Below are positions 29,085-38,377 of a stretch of DNA of 45,153 bases, one piece after another. Every line of letters begins with the position of its first letter. Position 1 is the first letter of the stretch. Under the pieces are notes generated by a model that saw only the letters and a list, made by a program, of their open reading frames with translations, did no database searches and was not told where the DNA came from. Made by a program: the position numbers and the translations under genes. The stretch comes from Promethearchaeota archaeon (lineage in GTDB: Archaea > Asgardarchaeota > Hermodarchaeia > Hermodarchaeales > Hermodarchaeaceae): positions 1-45,153 of the forward strand of contig JBHLPR010000013.1 in NCBI GenBank assembly GCA_048939245.1, in the 5' to 3' direction.

Positions 29085-30422
29085 GTGGTCACTTTGACAA
29101 CAAGTGAATGGGAACAAAAAATCATTGCTCATATTGATGAAAGCGAGGATGAACTAGTGGAACTCTGCCAGGATTTGATTCGGATTCCAAGCTGGGACCG
29201 AGAAACCCGGGGTGAAGCTGAAGTTGCACATCGTGTTGGAAAGACTTTAGAAAAGCGCGGTATCCAAACCGAATATTTTGCGTCCCACCCAAGCATCGAT
29301 AATCTGGTTGCTACATGGAAAGCAAGCAAAGGGAAACGACTATTGTTCAACGGTCATGTGGATGTTGTTCCACCTGGGGAGGATTGGACAGTGGACCCCT
29401 TTGCAGCAGAAATCCGTGATGGGTTGATCTATGGGCGGGGCGCTATGGACATGAAAGGTGGCGTGGCGTGTATGGCGATGGCAATGAGTGTTTTGCATGA
29501 GTTGGATGTGCCTTTGAAAGGTACGCTCATCCTCAACGCTGTTGGAGATGAGGAAAGGCAAGGTGATTTGGGAACGGCCTGGTGCATTGAGAATGTCTGG
29601 AACAAAATTAGGGCTGATGCCGCCTTGATTGCGGAACCCTCGGGGATTGGACAGCTTGGCTTCGCCATCAATATTGGTGAGAAGGGACCAGTTTGGATTA
29701 AAGTGACCACAAAGGGTGAGAAGGCGCATGGAAGTATTCCTTCGGCAGGCAAGAACGCCATCACGATGATGATGGAACTGCTTGCGGCCCTCAAAGAAGC
29801 CCAACCCCCGACGATTCCCCCTCCGATTACCCGCGAAGCGGTGGTTGCTCAAATTGCAGCTGCATTAGGCATCGAACCACAATCAATGGAAACATTCATC
29901 ACACAAGGTGGGGATTCTAATCCTCTTTCCGCGGGATTGACAGGGCTAGCTACTACAACAATGAATATCGGCACAATAACCGGTGGAGTAGCAGCGAATG
30001 TTGTCCCCGATCGTTGTGAAGCGCAACTTGACTTTCGAATTCTGCCCGGTCAACAACCTCAAGAGATGATTGATTTCATAAATCAGCATGCACAGAAACT
30101 GGGCACCGCGGAGGCTTGTGAAACCGAAATTATTGAGGCGTTTGAAGGGAACTCGGTTCCTAATTATGAACATAACAAGCTAGTTACTACTGTCTTTGAT
30201 GTTTCGAAAATGATAGCAGGTCCATCAGTGTTCTTTTTAGTGCCCTATGCCACCGATGGTCGATTGCTCCGTCGGGCAGGAATCGAATCAACTGTGGTCT
30301 ATGGTCCAGGTAATATGACCTTAGCCCATACGGCTGACGAAAACGTATCTATCGACGACCTAGTAAAAGTGACAAAAGTGTTCGCCGTATCGGTCCTCCG
30401 ATATCTTGGAGTGAAGATGTAG
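29085..30422 (+). CDS. M20 family deacylase (ArgE/DapE/LysK-like)
   Basis: NGHVDVVP, GRGAMDMKGG, DEE, EPS, G..AHGS.P..G.NAI, NVVP, AHT.DE. Confidence 0.9.
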   Translation: MVTLTTSEWEQKIIAHIDESEDELVELCQDLIRIPSWDRETRGEAEVAHRVGKTLEKRGIQTEYFASHPSIDNLVATWKASKGKRLLFNGHVDVVPPGEDWTVDPFAAEIRDGLIYGRGAMDMKGGVACMAMAMSVLHELDVPLKGTLILNAVGDEERQGDLGTAWCIENVWNKIRADAALIAEPSGIGQLGFAINIGEKGPVWIKVTTKGEKAHGSIPSAGKNAITMMMELLAALKEAQPPTIPPPITREAVVAQIAAALGIEPQSMETFITQGGDSNPLSAGLTGLATTTMNIGTITGGVAANVVPDRCEAQLDFRILPGQQPQEMIDFINQHAQKLGTAEACETEIIEAFEGNSVPNYEHNKLVTTVFDVSKMIAGPSVFFLVPYATDGRLLRRAGIESTVVYGPGNMTLAHTADENVSIDDLVKVTKVFAVSVLRYLGVKM

Positions 30423-30446
30423 CTAATGCTTGAATGCTAAATGGAT

Positions 30447-30851
30447 CTACGCGGGACGGAAGACAAGCCGTATTGTTTTTTCTTCTGGTGTAGGTCCCGG
30501 TAATTCTTCAAAGTCTGCAATGACAGCATCGCCGACGTGTATTTTCTCGGGTTTAAGTGGATCAGTCCCCACAAGCCTTGCACATATTGAGGGCCCTTCT
30601 TTCAAAGCAATAATGGCGACAATATAGGGAACATCCGCTGTGTATGTGGTTCCAGCGATGTGGATTATGGTGAAAGAGCGGAGTGTTCCTTCTCCACTGA
30701 GTGGTTTCCAACCGGTAGTTTTACTATTGCATTGTGTACAAAAGAGACGAGGGGGAAGATGAAGCGTGTCACAGTTGGAACAATAAGCAGCGTACAATTT
30801 TCGTTCATTGAGCAATTCAAAGTATTTCTTCAAAGTTGTTTCTTCACTCAT
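30447..30851 (-). CDS. DUF35 Zn-ribbon/OB-fold thiolase partner
   Basis: CSNC...PPR.FCTQC, G.L.SFT, PY.VAII.L.EGP. Likely start MSEE at 30851. Confidence 0.9.
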   Translation of the reverse strand: MSEETTLKKYFELLNERKLYAAYCSNCDTLHLPPRLFCTQCNSKTTGWKPLSGEGTLRSFTIIHIAGTTYTADVPYIVAIIALKEGPSICARLVGTDPLKPEKIHVGDAVIADFEELPGPTPEEKTIRLVFRPA

Positions 30852-30856
30852 CTTAA

Positions 30857-32017
30857 TCACCATCGTTCACAAATATGGACTGCCGCAGTCGCTCCTGATC
30901 CGCCTACATTGTGAGCTAATGCGTAATTTGGTGAGTCAACTTGTCGTTTTCCTGCTTCGTTTCGAAGCTGGTGATATAATTCGACGATTTGGGCTACTCC
31001 TGTCGCACCAACTGGGTGACCTTTGGCTTTGAGACCACCACTAGGATTGATAGGAAATTCTCCATCAAGCGCAGTATACTCTTCTTGGACAGCTTGCCCG
31101 CCCATTCCTGGTTTGAAGAATCGAAGATCTTCGGTAGCAATTATTTCTGCGATAGTAAAACAGTCATGGACTTCCGCAACGCCGATATCTTGTGGCATGA
31201 TCCGTGCTTGTTTGTATGCCAGGTCTGCCGCTGTTCGTGCCGAGTAGAGAGAGGTGAGAGTAGCGCGATCTGACATATCCATATGGTCATTCGCTTGGGC
31301 TGATGCTATGATTTTTACCGGCGCGTCTGTGAACTTCTTCGCCTGTTTATTCCGCGTGAGGATAACAGCAGCAGCTCCATCCGTGATTGGTGAACAATCA
31401 AAAAGACCTAATGGCCAAGCGACCATCCGTGCTGATAACGCTTGTTCCAGTGTGATTGCTTTTTGATATTGGGCTAATGGATTATGAACCGCGTTGGCAT
31501 GATTTTTAATGGCCACTGCAGCCAGTTGCTCTTTAGTTGTTCCATATTTAGCCATATGAGCCGTGGCGAAAATGGCGAAAATGCCTGGGAAAGTGATGCC
31601 TGGTTGCGCTTCAAAGGGTTGATCTGCAGCCATTGCGAGCGTTTCAATAACTCCGGCTGTATTTAGGTCGGTCATCTTTTCCACACCAGCGGCCATGACC
31701 ACATCATGGTGCCCCGATTCGATGGCAAGAATTGCTGCTCGTAAGGCAGCGGCTGAAGAGGCACAAGCCGCTTCGCATTTGGTTGCAGGAATCCCTTTCA
31801 TGCCTGCAGCATCCACCATCATTGGTGCGATATGGGTTTGCCGATTGAACTGGTCTGCAGACAAGTTTCCGATGAAGGCAGCTTCCACATCTTTGGGGAC
31901 AATTCCTGCATCTTCGATGGCTTCGTGAGCGGCAAGCGCGAAAAGTTCCCGAAGATTATATTTGTCATGACGACCGAACTTGGTTTGTCCGGCTCCAACA
32001 ATGCTTACTTTGAGCAC
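30857..32017 (-). CDS. Archaeal acetyl-CoA C-acyltransferase (thiolase)
   Basis: EAACAS, GVEKM, KNH.NA..NP.AQ, DCSPITDGAAA, EVHDCF, NPSGGLKAKGHPVGATG, HNVGG. GTG 32017 follows GAGGTG. Confidence 0.93.
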   Translation of the reverse strand: MLKVSIVGAGQTKFGRHDKYNLRELFALAAHEAIEDAGIVPKDVEAAFIGNLSADQFNRQTHIAPMMVDAAGMKGIPATKCEAACASSAAALRAAILAIESGHHDVVMAAGVEKMTDLNTAGVIETLAMAADQPFEAQPGITFPGIFAIFATAHMAKYGTTKEQLAAVAIKNHANAVHNPLAQYQKAITLEQALSARMVAWPLGLFDCSPITDGAAAVILTRNKQAKKFTDAPVKIIASAQANDHMDMSDRATLTSLYSARTAADLAYKQARIMPQDIGVAEVHDCFTIAEIIATEDLRFFKPGMGGQAVQEEYTALDGEFPINPSGGLKAKGHPVGATGVAQIVELYHQLRNEAGKRQVDSPNYALAHNVGGSGATAAVHICERW

Positions 32018-32120
32018 ATTAGTACACCTCACCAATTTGAGGAACGCGGAATGAAGCACGGTAATCTCATATAATTATAAACAGTACCGTTGTCCCACTG
32101 TCTTTGAAAAAATCGAGCGA

Positions 32121-33530
32121 TTATTTTTTGCTTGCTTGTGATTGGAATTTCTTTAGGTGTTGGCCGTATTCTACTAGTGCCCAGAGGGCTTTTGCAGCCC
32201 TTGCCGGAGTGGGCAGTGCTGGAATTCCTGCTTCTTCAAGAAGTCGAGCTCCTTTCATGGTGAATCGTCCTCCAGCAGTAAGGGCAATTAGGGGCTTCTG
32301 ATATTTCCGAACAATAGCTACTAGACGATCAACAATATCAAGATTCAATAAAGGAACCTGCATCATCACGATGGCAATCGCAGCATCATAATAGGAGGTA
32401 CCAAGAAGAGTGTCAAAGGCGATTTGGTAACGTTCTGCATTGGTATCTCCTGTGAGATCGATTGGATTATGAACACTGCAGTACCCAGGGAAAGCTTCGC
32501 GAAGAACCTGTTTTTCCTTCTTAGGTGTTTCAGGAACCTTAAGTCCTAGAGCTTCACAGGCATCAACGGTCATGACACCTGCTCCTCCCGCATCTGTCAC
32601 AATGAGAATCCGATTTCCCTGAGCGGGAGGTTGTGAAGCAAGGGCTTTTGCCATCTCGAAACCATCTTCAAAGTCCTGGGCAGAGAGAATTCCTGCCTGT
32701 TGAAAGGCAAAATCATAGAGTCGGGCATCTCCTGCCAATGCGCCGGTATGACTTGCGGCAGCGACTGAACCGCGTTTTGATCGACCAGACTTCACAACGA
32801 TGATTGGTTTCTGACGAGTTACCATTTTTGCAGTTTGAATATAGGATGCTCCTGTGCTCGGAGAAAGCCCCTCTAGGTATTCGACGATTACTCGCGTTTC
32901 AGGGTCGTCTCCGAGATATTTGATGAGATCGATTTCGTTGACATCGGCTTTGTTGCCAAAACTAATAACACGGCTTACTCCGAGCCCGGATTGGGCATTC
33001 ATATCCAGAACCACGGCTGCAAATGCACCACTTTGACTTATGAAACTGATGTATCCTTTTCCGGGTCGGCCCATCCGTGAGGCGGGAAGAAAGGTGGTGT
33101 CCACACCGGTGTTCGTGTCATAGATACCGACACAATTGGGACCGATTACTCGAATTCCACTTCTTTTGGCGATTTCCACAACCTGTTCTTCGAGGTATGC
33201 TCCTTCAGGCCCCGTTTCCTTAAACCCACCACTTATGATGATAGCTGTTTTGACTCCTTTTTCTTCACAATCTTTCATAATGTTTGGAACGATACCAGCG
33301 GGAACGGCGATAACAGCAAGATCAATGGGTTCAGGAACCCCGGATACATGTTCGTAACTTGGTATGCCAAGGACTTCAGTTGCCCGGGGATTGATGGGGT
33401 AGACTACTCCTTTGAAGGCGGGTTTGAGAAAGTTTCGAAAAATCACGCCGCCTATACTGGCTTTTCGTGCTGAAGCCCCAACGACCGCGACCGTTTTTGG
33501 ATTGAAAAACGGCTCCAAGTCCGATTTCAT
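32121..33530 (-). CDS. acdA: ADP-forming acyl-CoA synthetase alpha subunit
   Basis: FFNPKTVAVVGAS, YPINP, SGGFKE, GPNCVG, SQSGA, GNKADV, SHTGAL (phospho-His), NPIDLTGD. Confidence 0.92.
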   Translation of the reverse strand: MKSDLEPFFNPKTVAVVGASARKASIGGVIFRNFLKPAFKGVVYPINPRATEVLGIPSYEHVSGVPEPIDLAVIAVPAGIVPNIMKDCEEKGVKTAIIISGGFKETGPEGAYLEEQVVEIAKRSGIRVIGPNCVGIYDTNTGVDTTFLPASRMGRPGKGYISFISQSGAFAAVVLDMNAQSGLGVSRVISFGNKADVNEIDLIKYLGDDPETRVIVEYLEGLSPSTGASYIQTAKMVTRQKPIIVVKSGRSKRGSVAAASHTGALAGDARLYDFAFQQAGILSAQDFEDGFEMAKALASQPPAQGNRILIVTDAGGAGVMTVDACEALGLKVPETPKKEKQVLREAFPGYCSVHNPIDLTGDTNAERYQIAFDTLLGTSYYDAAIAIVMMQVPLLNLDIVDRLVAIVRKYQKPLIALTAGGRFTMKGARLLEEAGIPALPTPARAAKALWALVEYGQHLKKFQSQASKK

Positions 33531-33576
33531 TACAGCCCCTCAGTTGACCTCCTTTGGATTACACGCACTTTGGGTG

Positions 33577-33840
33577 TTAAAGGGGAGATCCATGGATATC
33601 CATCTCGAAGTCTGCTACGAGATTCGTGATTGTATCTTGGACACCTTTGATGGTGCGGATTTTGGAAACTGTTTCCATGATGTCGCGCATGCCTTTTCGT
33701 TCGATTTCAACAATCACATCATAAAGACCGAAAAGTTTGTGCGCTTCTGAGATGGCCGCGAATTTGCTGATTTCGCGTAAGATTTTGTCTTCTTGTTGGG
33801 GGGCGACTTTGATGAGGACATATGCTTTGTAGATTGGTAT
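33577..33840 (-). CDS. Stand-alone Lrp/AsnC ligand-binding domain protein (non-canonical start, absent from ORF track)
   Basis: Manual translation IPIYKAYVLIKVAPQQEDKILREISKFAAISEAHKLFGLYDVIVEIERKGMRDIMETVSKIRTIKGVQDTITNLVADFEMDIHGSPL*. No ATG/GTG/TTG before the domain. Confidence 0.8.
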   Translation of the reverse strand: MPIYKAYVLIKVAPQQEDKILREISKFAAISEAHKLFGLYDVIVEIERKGMRDIMETVSKIRTIKGVQDTITNLVADFEMDIHGSPL

Positions 33841-33846
33841 CCACTC

Positions 33847-35238
33847 CTATGGTTTAGTTTTGAGACGGGTATTGAGTTGGTATGCGTTTTCTAATGTAGT
33901 GACCGCTCGGTGTGAGTTGGAGTATACGGGGATGTTGAGCTGTTCAAGGCTGTTGATGAGAAGGTTGTCTCGTTCGGTGGCAGGGATAATACTGATGATG
34001 GTTTTGGGGGTTTTGAGAGCTTTTAGGCGTTGTCGGAGCATGACGTAAAGGTAGTCGGGATCGATGTTGGGTGAATCAGGTAGAAGGCTGATGATGATAT
34101 TGTGTACGTTGGGATCAGAAATGACAAGGCGGAGAGCAGTGTCTAATCTTTCTTCGTCAGCGTTGGTATAGAGTCCGATTGGGTTGTCGGTGCGACAATA
34201 GGGAGGGAGATGTTCTTTGAGAGCATTGCGTGTTTTGGGTGTAAGTTGGGCTAGTTGCATGGGAGAATCGTGGAGGGCGCTGGCAATATAGACGCAATAG
34301 GCTCCAAAGTTTGAGATGGCGACAACACCTGTATCTTCAGGAAGTGGCTGAGTCTGGCAGAGAAGGGCTAAATCCACAGCTCGACCCCATGAGGATGTGA
34401 TGACGAGGTTGTGTTGTTTTGCGATGGGAGATGTTAGTGGAGTGACAGTTTTCCCGATTCGGCGATGTAATCCGAGTTGTTTAGTTATCTTCTGGGGAAA
34501 AAGAGATACAATGACAGGCTTCTTTGCACGATGAGCTTTACGAACGGCGGTTCCGAATTTAGTGAGATTCGAAATTTGACCAGCACCAAGAAGGATGACC
34601 TTGGTAGTGTTATCTTGGGCGAGGAAAGCGAGCATATCGGTTTCAGTGATTCCAAGGGATTCACCGCAATCGATGAAGAGAGATACACCACACCGGTATT
34701 TCGTGACCTGCTCAAGCAAGCCATAAGCTACATCTCGATTATCGGTAATTACGCCAGTTGCACCGTCGCGTGGCCGTGGCAGCACTTCCGTTGGGAGTGG
34801 TATCATGTCAAAGTGTGATGATGAGCTATAGAATCCAGCGGCTCGGGGTCCGATGACAGGACAAGATAACTTAGATATTGCTCTGCGGGCATTATCAAAT
34901 TGGTTTGATTGAAGCTCGAAGAACAAGAGAATTCCAATTGGCTGTCTTTTACCTATTAACCGAATGGTTTCAGGGAAGTTTCTTGTTGGTGTGGCAATGA
35001 TCCATAGATGAGGCCCGGGTGGAACTTCATTAATAGTAGCAAAGGTTGGGTATCCGAGAACGCGGGCTTCAGTGGGATTTACATAATGCACTGGTCCTTT
35101 GAAATCATGGATGAGTGAACGGGCGACTTGGAAACCAAATGTACGGGGATTATCACTGGCACCGATTAGTACAATAGAATCAGGAGAAAAGACTTGTTTG
35201 ATTCGTTGCTTAGCACTTTTAGAAGCCATTCGTGACAC
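33847..35238 (-). CDS. Degenerate AcdA-like CoA-binding protein
   Basis: VFSPDSIVLIGAS, YVNP, VIGP, ISNFGA, LPPYC...NPI.L colinear with AcdA, but SQSG and SHTGAL are absent. Confidence 0.75.
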   Translation of the reverse strand: MSRMASKSAKQRIKQVFSPDSIVLIGASDNPRTFGFQVARSLIHDFKGPVHYVNPTEARVLGYPTFATINEVPPGPHLWIIATPTRNFPETIRLIGKRQPIGILLFFELQSNQFDNARRAISKLSCPVIGPRAAGFYSSSSHFDMIPLPTEVLPRPRDGATGVITDNRDVAYGLLEQVTKYRCGVSLFIDCGESLGITETDMLAFLAQDNTTKVILLGAGQISNLTKFGTAVRKAHRAKKPVIVSLFPQKITKQLGLHRRIGKTVTPLTSPIAKQHNLVITSSWGRAVDLALLCQTQPLPEDTGVVAISNFGAYCVYIASALHDSPMQLAQLTPKTRNALKEHLPPYCRTDNPIGLYTNADEERLDTALRLVISDPNVHNIIISLLPDSPNIDPDYLYVMLRQRLKALKTPKTIISIIPATERDNLLINSLEQLNIPVYSNSHRAVTTLENAYQLNTRLKTKP

Positions 35239-35407
35239 CGAGTGGTTTGGTAAACATTAGGTTAGTGAGACGCCTTTGGCTGGTTTTACTTAAGAACCAT
35301 TCGCAACTAGAAACCCCCTTCTTTCGAGGATTTCTCGTTCTTCAAAAAAAATAAAGGATAAGGACAGTGATGCAAGAGTAGTAGAGAATAACAGAAGGCT
35401 GCTAAGT

Positions 35408-36688
35408 ATGACTAGGGAATTAGAAGCTGCTGGATTAATCGTCAATCATAATCGTAGAGAGGATTTACGTTTACCCTCTACCCCAGACCGTGTGTGGATT
35501 TGGGATGAGACTTTACGCGATGGGGAACAAACGGCGGGTACGCTCCTTACTGTTGATGAAAAGATTGAGATAGCGAAGCTAATGGATGAAATTGGTGTGG
35601 CAGTGATCGCTGCTGGATTTCCGATGGTCTCTGTAGAGGAACGAAAGACCATTAAGCTGCTTTCGGAGGAGGGGTTTAAACAGGCGAAGTTAGCTGCACC
35701 AGCTCGTGCAGTGGTTGGTGATGTTCAGGCATGTCTGGATTCAGGAGCAGAGATTATCCCAATTTTTATTGCACCCAGTCGTCTGCGTCTAGAATACCAA
35801 TTGCGCATGAGTCTGGATGAGGCGATTCAGCGTCTTGTGCGGTGTACTACCTATGCCGTAGACCATGGGGCAGAGGTAGCCTATGTTGTGGAGGATGCTA
35901 CGCGGAGTGAAATTGATACTATTGTCAAGATATCACATGCGGCGATAGAAGCGGGTGCAAACAAGATCATTATTGCCGACACTGTTGGATTCAGTCGTCC
36001 TGCAGCTATTCAATTCATCGTCAGCCAAGTTACCAAACAGCTAGAAGATTTAACCAAAAAATCGTTTGCTATGGGTATTCATGTGCACAACGACTTTGGT
36101 CTCGCAGCAGCAAACACCCTTACTGCCATTGAAATGGGCGTTACATATCCACATGTTTGTGTGAATGGATTTGGTGAAAGAGCTGGCAACGCAGCATTAG
36201 AAGAGGTTGTGATGGCTCTTGAGATTTTGTATGGGGTTAAAACCGGGATTAGAACAGAGCGACTTTTTGAACTCTCTCAGCTCGTGGAACGAGCTTTTGC
36301 CATTCCAATTCCTGTCCATAAAGCCATTGTAGGTCAAAACGCGTTTAACCATGGTTCTGGAATCCATGTACATGCGACCCTTGCGCATTCATTGTCCTAT
36401 GAACCAATAGCCCCTGAAATGGTAGGCAGACAAAGGAGTTTTTATCTAGGGAAATTTGCGGGTCGCCATTTAATTGAATACATCCTAAAGAAGAACGATA
36501 TCACAGCATCAAAATCACAAATCGAACAAATAGCTCAAACCGTTAAGCACCACCATGCACAGCAAAAGAAGGAACAAATTTTGAAGCGATTTGATCAGTG
36601 TAAAAGCGAGTTTAGCAAATTGAAGGCAGATCTCAGTGAAGAAGAACTGCTTGCACTGGTAAAACCGATTCTGGAAGACAAGAAATAG
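35408..36688 (+). CDS. Homocitrate/isopropylmalate/citramalate synthase family (DRE-TIM), no C-terminal regulatory domain
   Basis: DETLRDGEQ, AGFP, EDATRS, ADTVG, HVHNDFGLA.AN, NGFGERAGNA, KAIVG.NAF.H.SGIH, YEP. Confidence 0.9.
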   Translation: MTRELEAAGLIVNHNRREDLRLPSTPDRVWIWDETLRDGEQTAGTLLTVDEKIEIAKLMDEIGVAVIAAGFPMVSVEERKTIKLLSEEGFKQAKLAAPARAVVGDVQACLDSGAEIIPIFIAPSRLRLEYQLRMSLDEAIQRLVRCTTYAVDHGAEVAYVVEDATRSEIDTIVKISHAAIEAGANKIIIADTVGFSRPAAIQFIVSQVTKQLEDLTKKSFAMGIHVHNDFGLAAANTLTAIEMGVTYPHVCVNGFGERAGNAALEEVVMALEILYGVKTGIRTERLFELSQLVERAFAIPIPVHKAIVGQNAFNHGSGIHVHATLAHSLSYEPIAPEMVGRQRSFYLGKFAGRHLIEYILKKNDITASKSQIEQIAQTVKHHHAQQKKEQILKRFDQCKSEFSKLKADLSEEELLALVKPILEDKK

Positions 36689-36705
36689 TTGAGAAAAGAC
36701 CGCCA

Positions 36706-37260
36706 TTATTTGACATGGAAAATGCATGCGGGCTTAGCAGGAATTTGATTAAGCTGCTGTTGCAGTTCACTGATTTGGGCTTGAAGCTTTGCATCAGTAC
36801 TCTTCGAAGTCTGCAATTTCTTAATTTTGTATTCTAGTCGGGCCCGATTTACATGCGCTAATCGAAGATTGGTTTCTACGGTAGCTTCCTTCGCCCCCAG
36901 AACCTCTTTGATACCACGTAGATATGGTGCACAGACGAATTCCTCACACCGTAGTGCATATTCTAACTGGCCAGCTAGAATCTTGTCCCAAATTGGACAG
37001 GAAGATACGATCACCGTGTTGTTTTCCACATTGACTATTCGTCCAAGCAGTGAATGCCCGGTTTCCACTGTTTTGACAATGTTGAAGCCATCCGCCTTAG
37101 CAATTTCTCCAACCTTTTGACCCGCGGAGTGCCATGAATTTTGTAAACATTCAATCATGGAAAGGGGACCAACACGATCGCGCATGCTCCACCAGAGTTC
37201 ATCCATCCAAGCGACAATGAATTCTTGCAGTGTTTTGAATTGATCCATCTCTTTCTCCAT
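36706..37260 (-). CDS. Hypothetical protein, V4R-like Cys pattern with coiled-coil insertion
   Basis: SSCP...CEEFVC...ACIFHV, plus heptad segment RARLEYKIKKL...LQAQISELQQQL. Confidence 0.6.
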   Translation of the reverse strand: MEKEMDQFKTLQEFIVAWMDELWWSMRDRVGPLSMIECLQNSWHSAGQKVGEIAKADGFNIVKTVETGHSLLGRIVNVENNTVIVSSCPIWDKILAGQLEYALRCEEFVCAPYLRGIKEVLGAKEATVETNLRLAHVNRARLEYKIKKLQTSKSTDAKLQAQISELQQQLNQIPAKPACIFHVK

Positions 37261-37262
37261 CC

Positions 37263-38033
37263 TCAGCTACTTTCAGGTCTCTTCTTTGGCTGCCAATTCT
37301 TGCCCCACGAACCGACGTAGGTGATTTCTTCCGGTGGTTGCCGGGGAGGACCCTGTATTCGGGGAAACTTGGGATACCCAATAGCTAGGCACATTATAGG
37401 CGTCCAATGAGGCTGTGGAATGCCAAGTAATTCGGAGATTTCACGCACGTCATCATAATGGTCGAGTTGGACACTCGACACACACGCACCTAACCCTAAG
37501 GCGGTGGCAGCAAGCCAACAATTTTGTAAAAACATGCTACCCGCAATGATAGAATGACGTAGGCTACTCCACCCATAGACACCACCTGTCCCACGAAGAG
37601 TTGCTTGGGAGTTCCCTACGTGCGTGGACTCCACTACTAGTACCAAAAGAACCGGGGCTCCATCTGTCTCCGGATCACCTTTAATGTATTCGAAGCGTCT
37701 CCCCGTAATCAACCAGTCAATGGTCCGTTCCCGACTGGGTAAGGCTTTCACATAGTTTAGACGGCGTTCAATCTCTTGCCGGGGGGTAATCCGACCGAAG
37801 AGCTCGATGGTTCGTTCAACGGCAAGTTCACCGATTCGGCGCTGTTTATCTTTGTCTCGAACAAGGATGACTCGCCAGGGTTGTTGGTTTTCGGCACTGG
37901 GAGCGTATCCACCAGCTTCAATAATCTGGTAGAGGAGTTCGTCACTGACAGGCTTATTCGTGTTATAATCACGAATAGCGTGACGGCCCTTAATGAGGTT
38001 CAACATCAGCTCGCTGTCATTGGGCTTCGTCAT
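37263..38033 (-). CDS. Nitroreductase family protein
   Basis: RHAIRDY, APSAENQQPW, QNCWLAATALGLG, IGYP. Confidence 0.88.
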   Translation of the reverse strand: MTKPNDSELMLNLIKGRHAIRDYNTNKPVSDELLYQIIEAGGYAPSAENQQPWRVILVRDKDKQRRIGELAVERTIELFGRITPRQEIERRLNYVKALPSRERTIDWLITGRRFEYIKGDPETDGAPVLLVLVVESTHVGNSQATLRGTGGVYGWSSLRHSIIAGSMFLQNCWLAATALGLGACVSSVQLDHYDDVREISELLGIPQPHWTPIMCLAIGYPKFPRIQGPPRQPPEEITYVGSWGKNWQPKKRPESS

Positions 38034-38088
38034 GTGTATTCCACCAAAGAGTAAGATTTCTTTGGGAAAATAGGCAGGAATTCCACCT

Positions 38089-38136
38089 AATAGTATTTAC
38101 GGTCCTCAGAAAAAACGGTTATTTTCACCAAAACAT
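38089..38136 (+). repeat. 48-bp direct repeat, copy 1
   Basis: AATAGTATTTACGGTCCTCAGAAAAAACGGTTATTTTCACCAAAACAT, 44/48 identical to 40685-40732. Confidence 0.9.
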
Positions 38137-38377
38137 AATAATTCAATTCAAAAAGACAAAAATTACGATTTGATTAGAATTCTACAATGGACCTTATTTT
38201 AAATTAAAGATTTTTAAGATAAATCCAATCTATAGCCTACAAGCTGTGGAATGGCTTAATTATAGAATGGGGCATAGGAAAACTTACCGAGTAATACTCT
38301 TAGAATGATCTCAACCATTGTCACCCCCAATACCCCTCTGAGCAACAAGGTCAAGAACTGAAAGGTGTGGTAGAAAA

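Noticed and set aside
26349-30422. dapA plus dapE-like genes as a DAP lysine pathway
   Set aside because: The aldolase lacks the DHDPS Arg and is fused to Fae, the M20 enzyme is generic and separately transcribed, and no asd/dapB/lysA is nearby
35408-36688. Specific assignment as leuA, cimA or aksA
   Set aside because: Substrate cannot be told from the motifs, and no pathway neighbours are present
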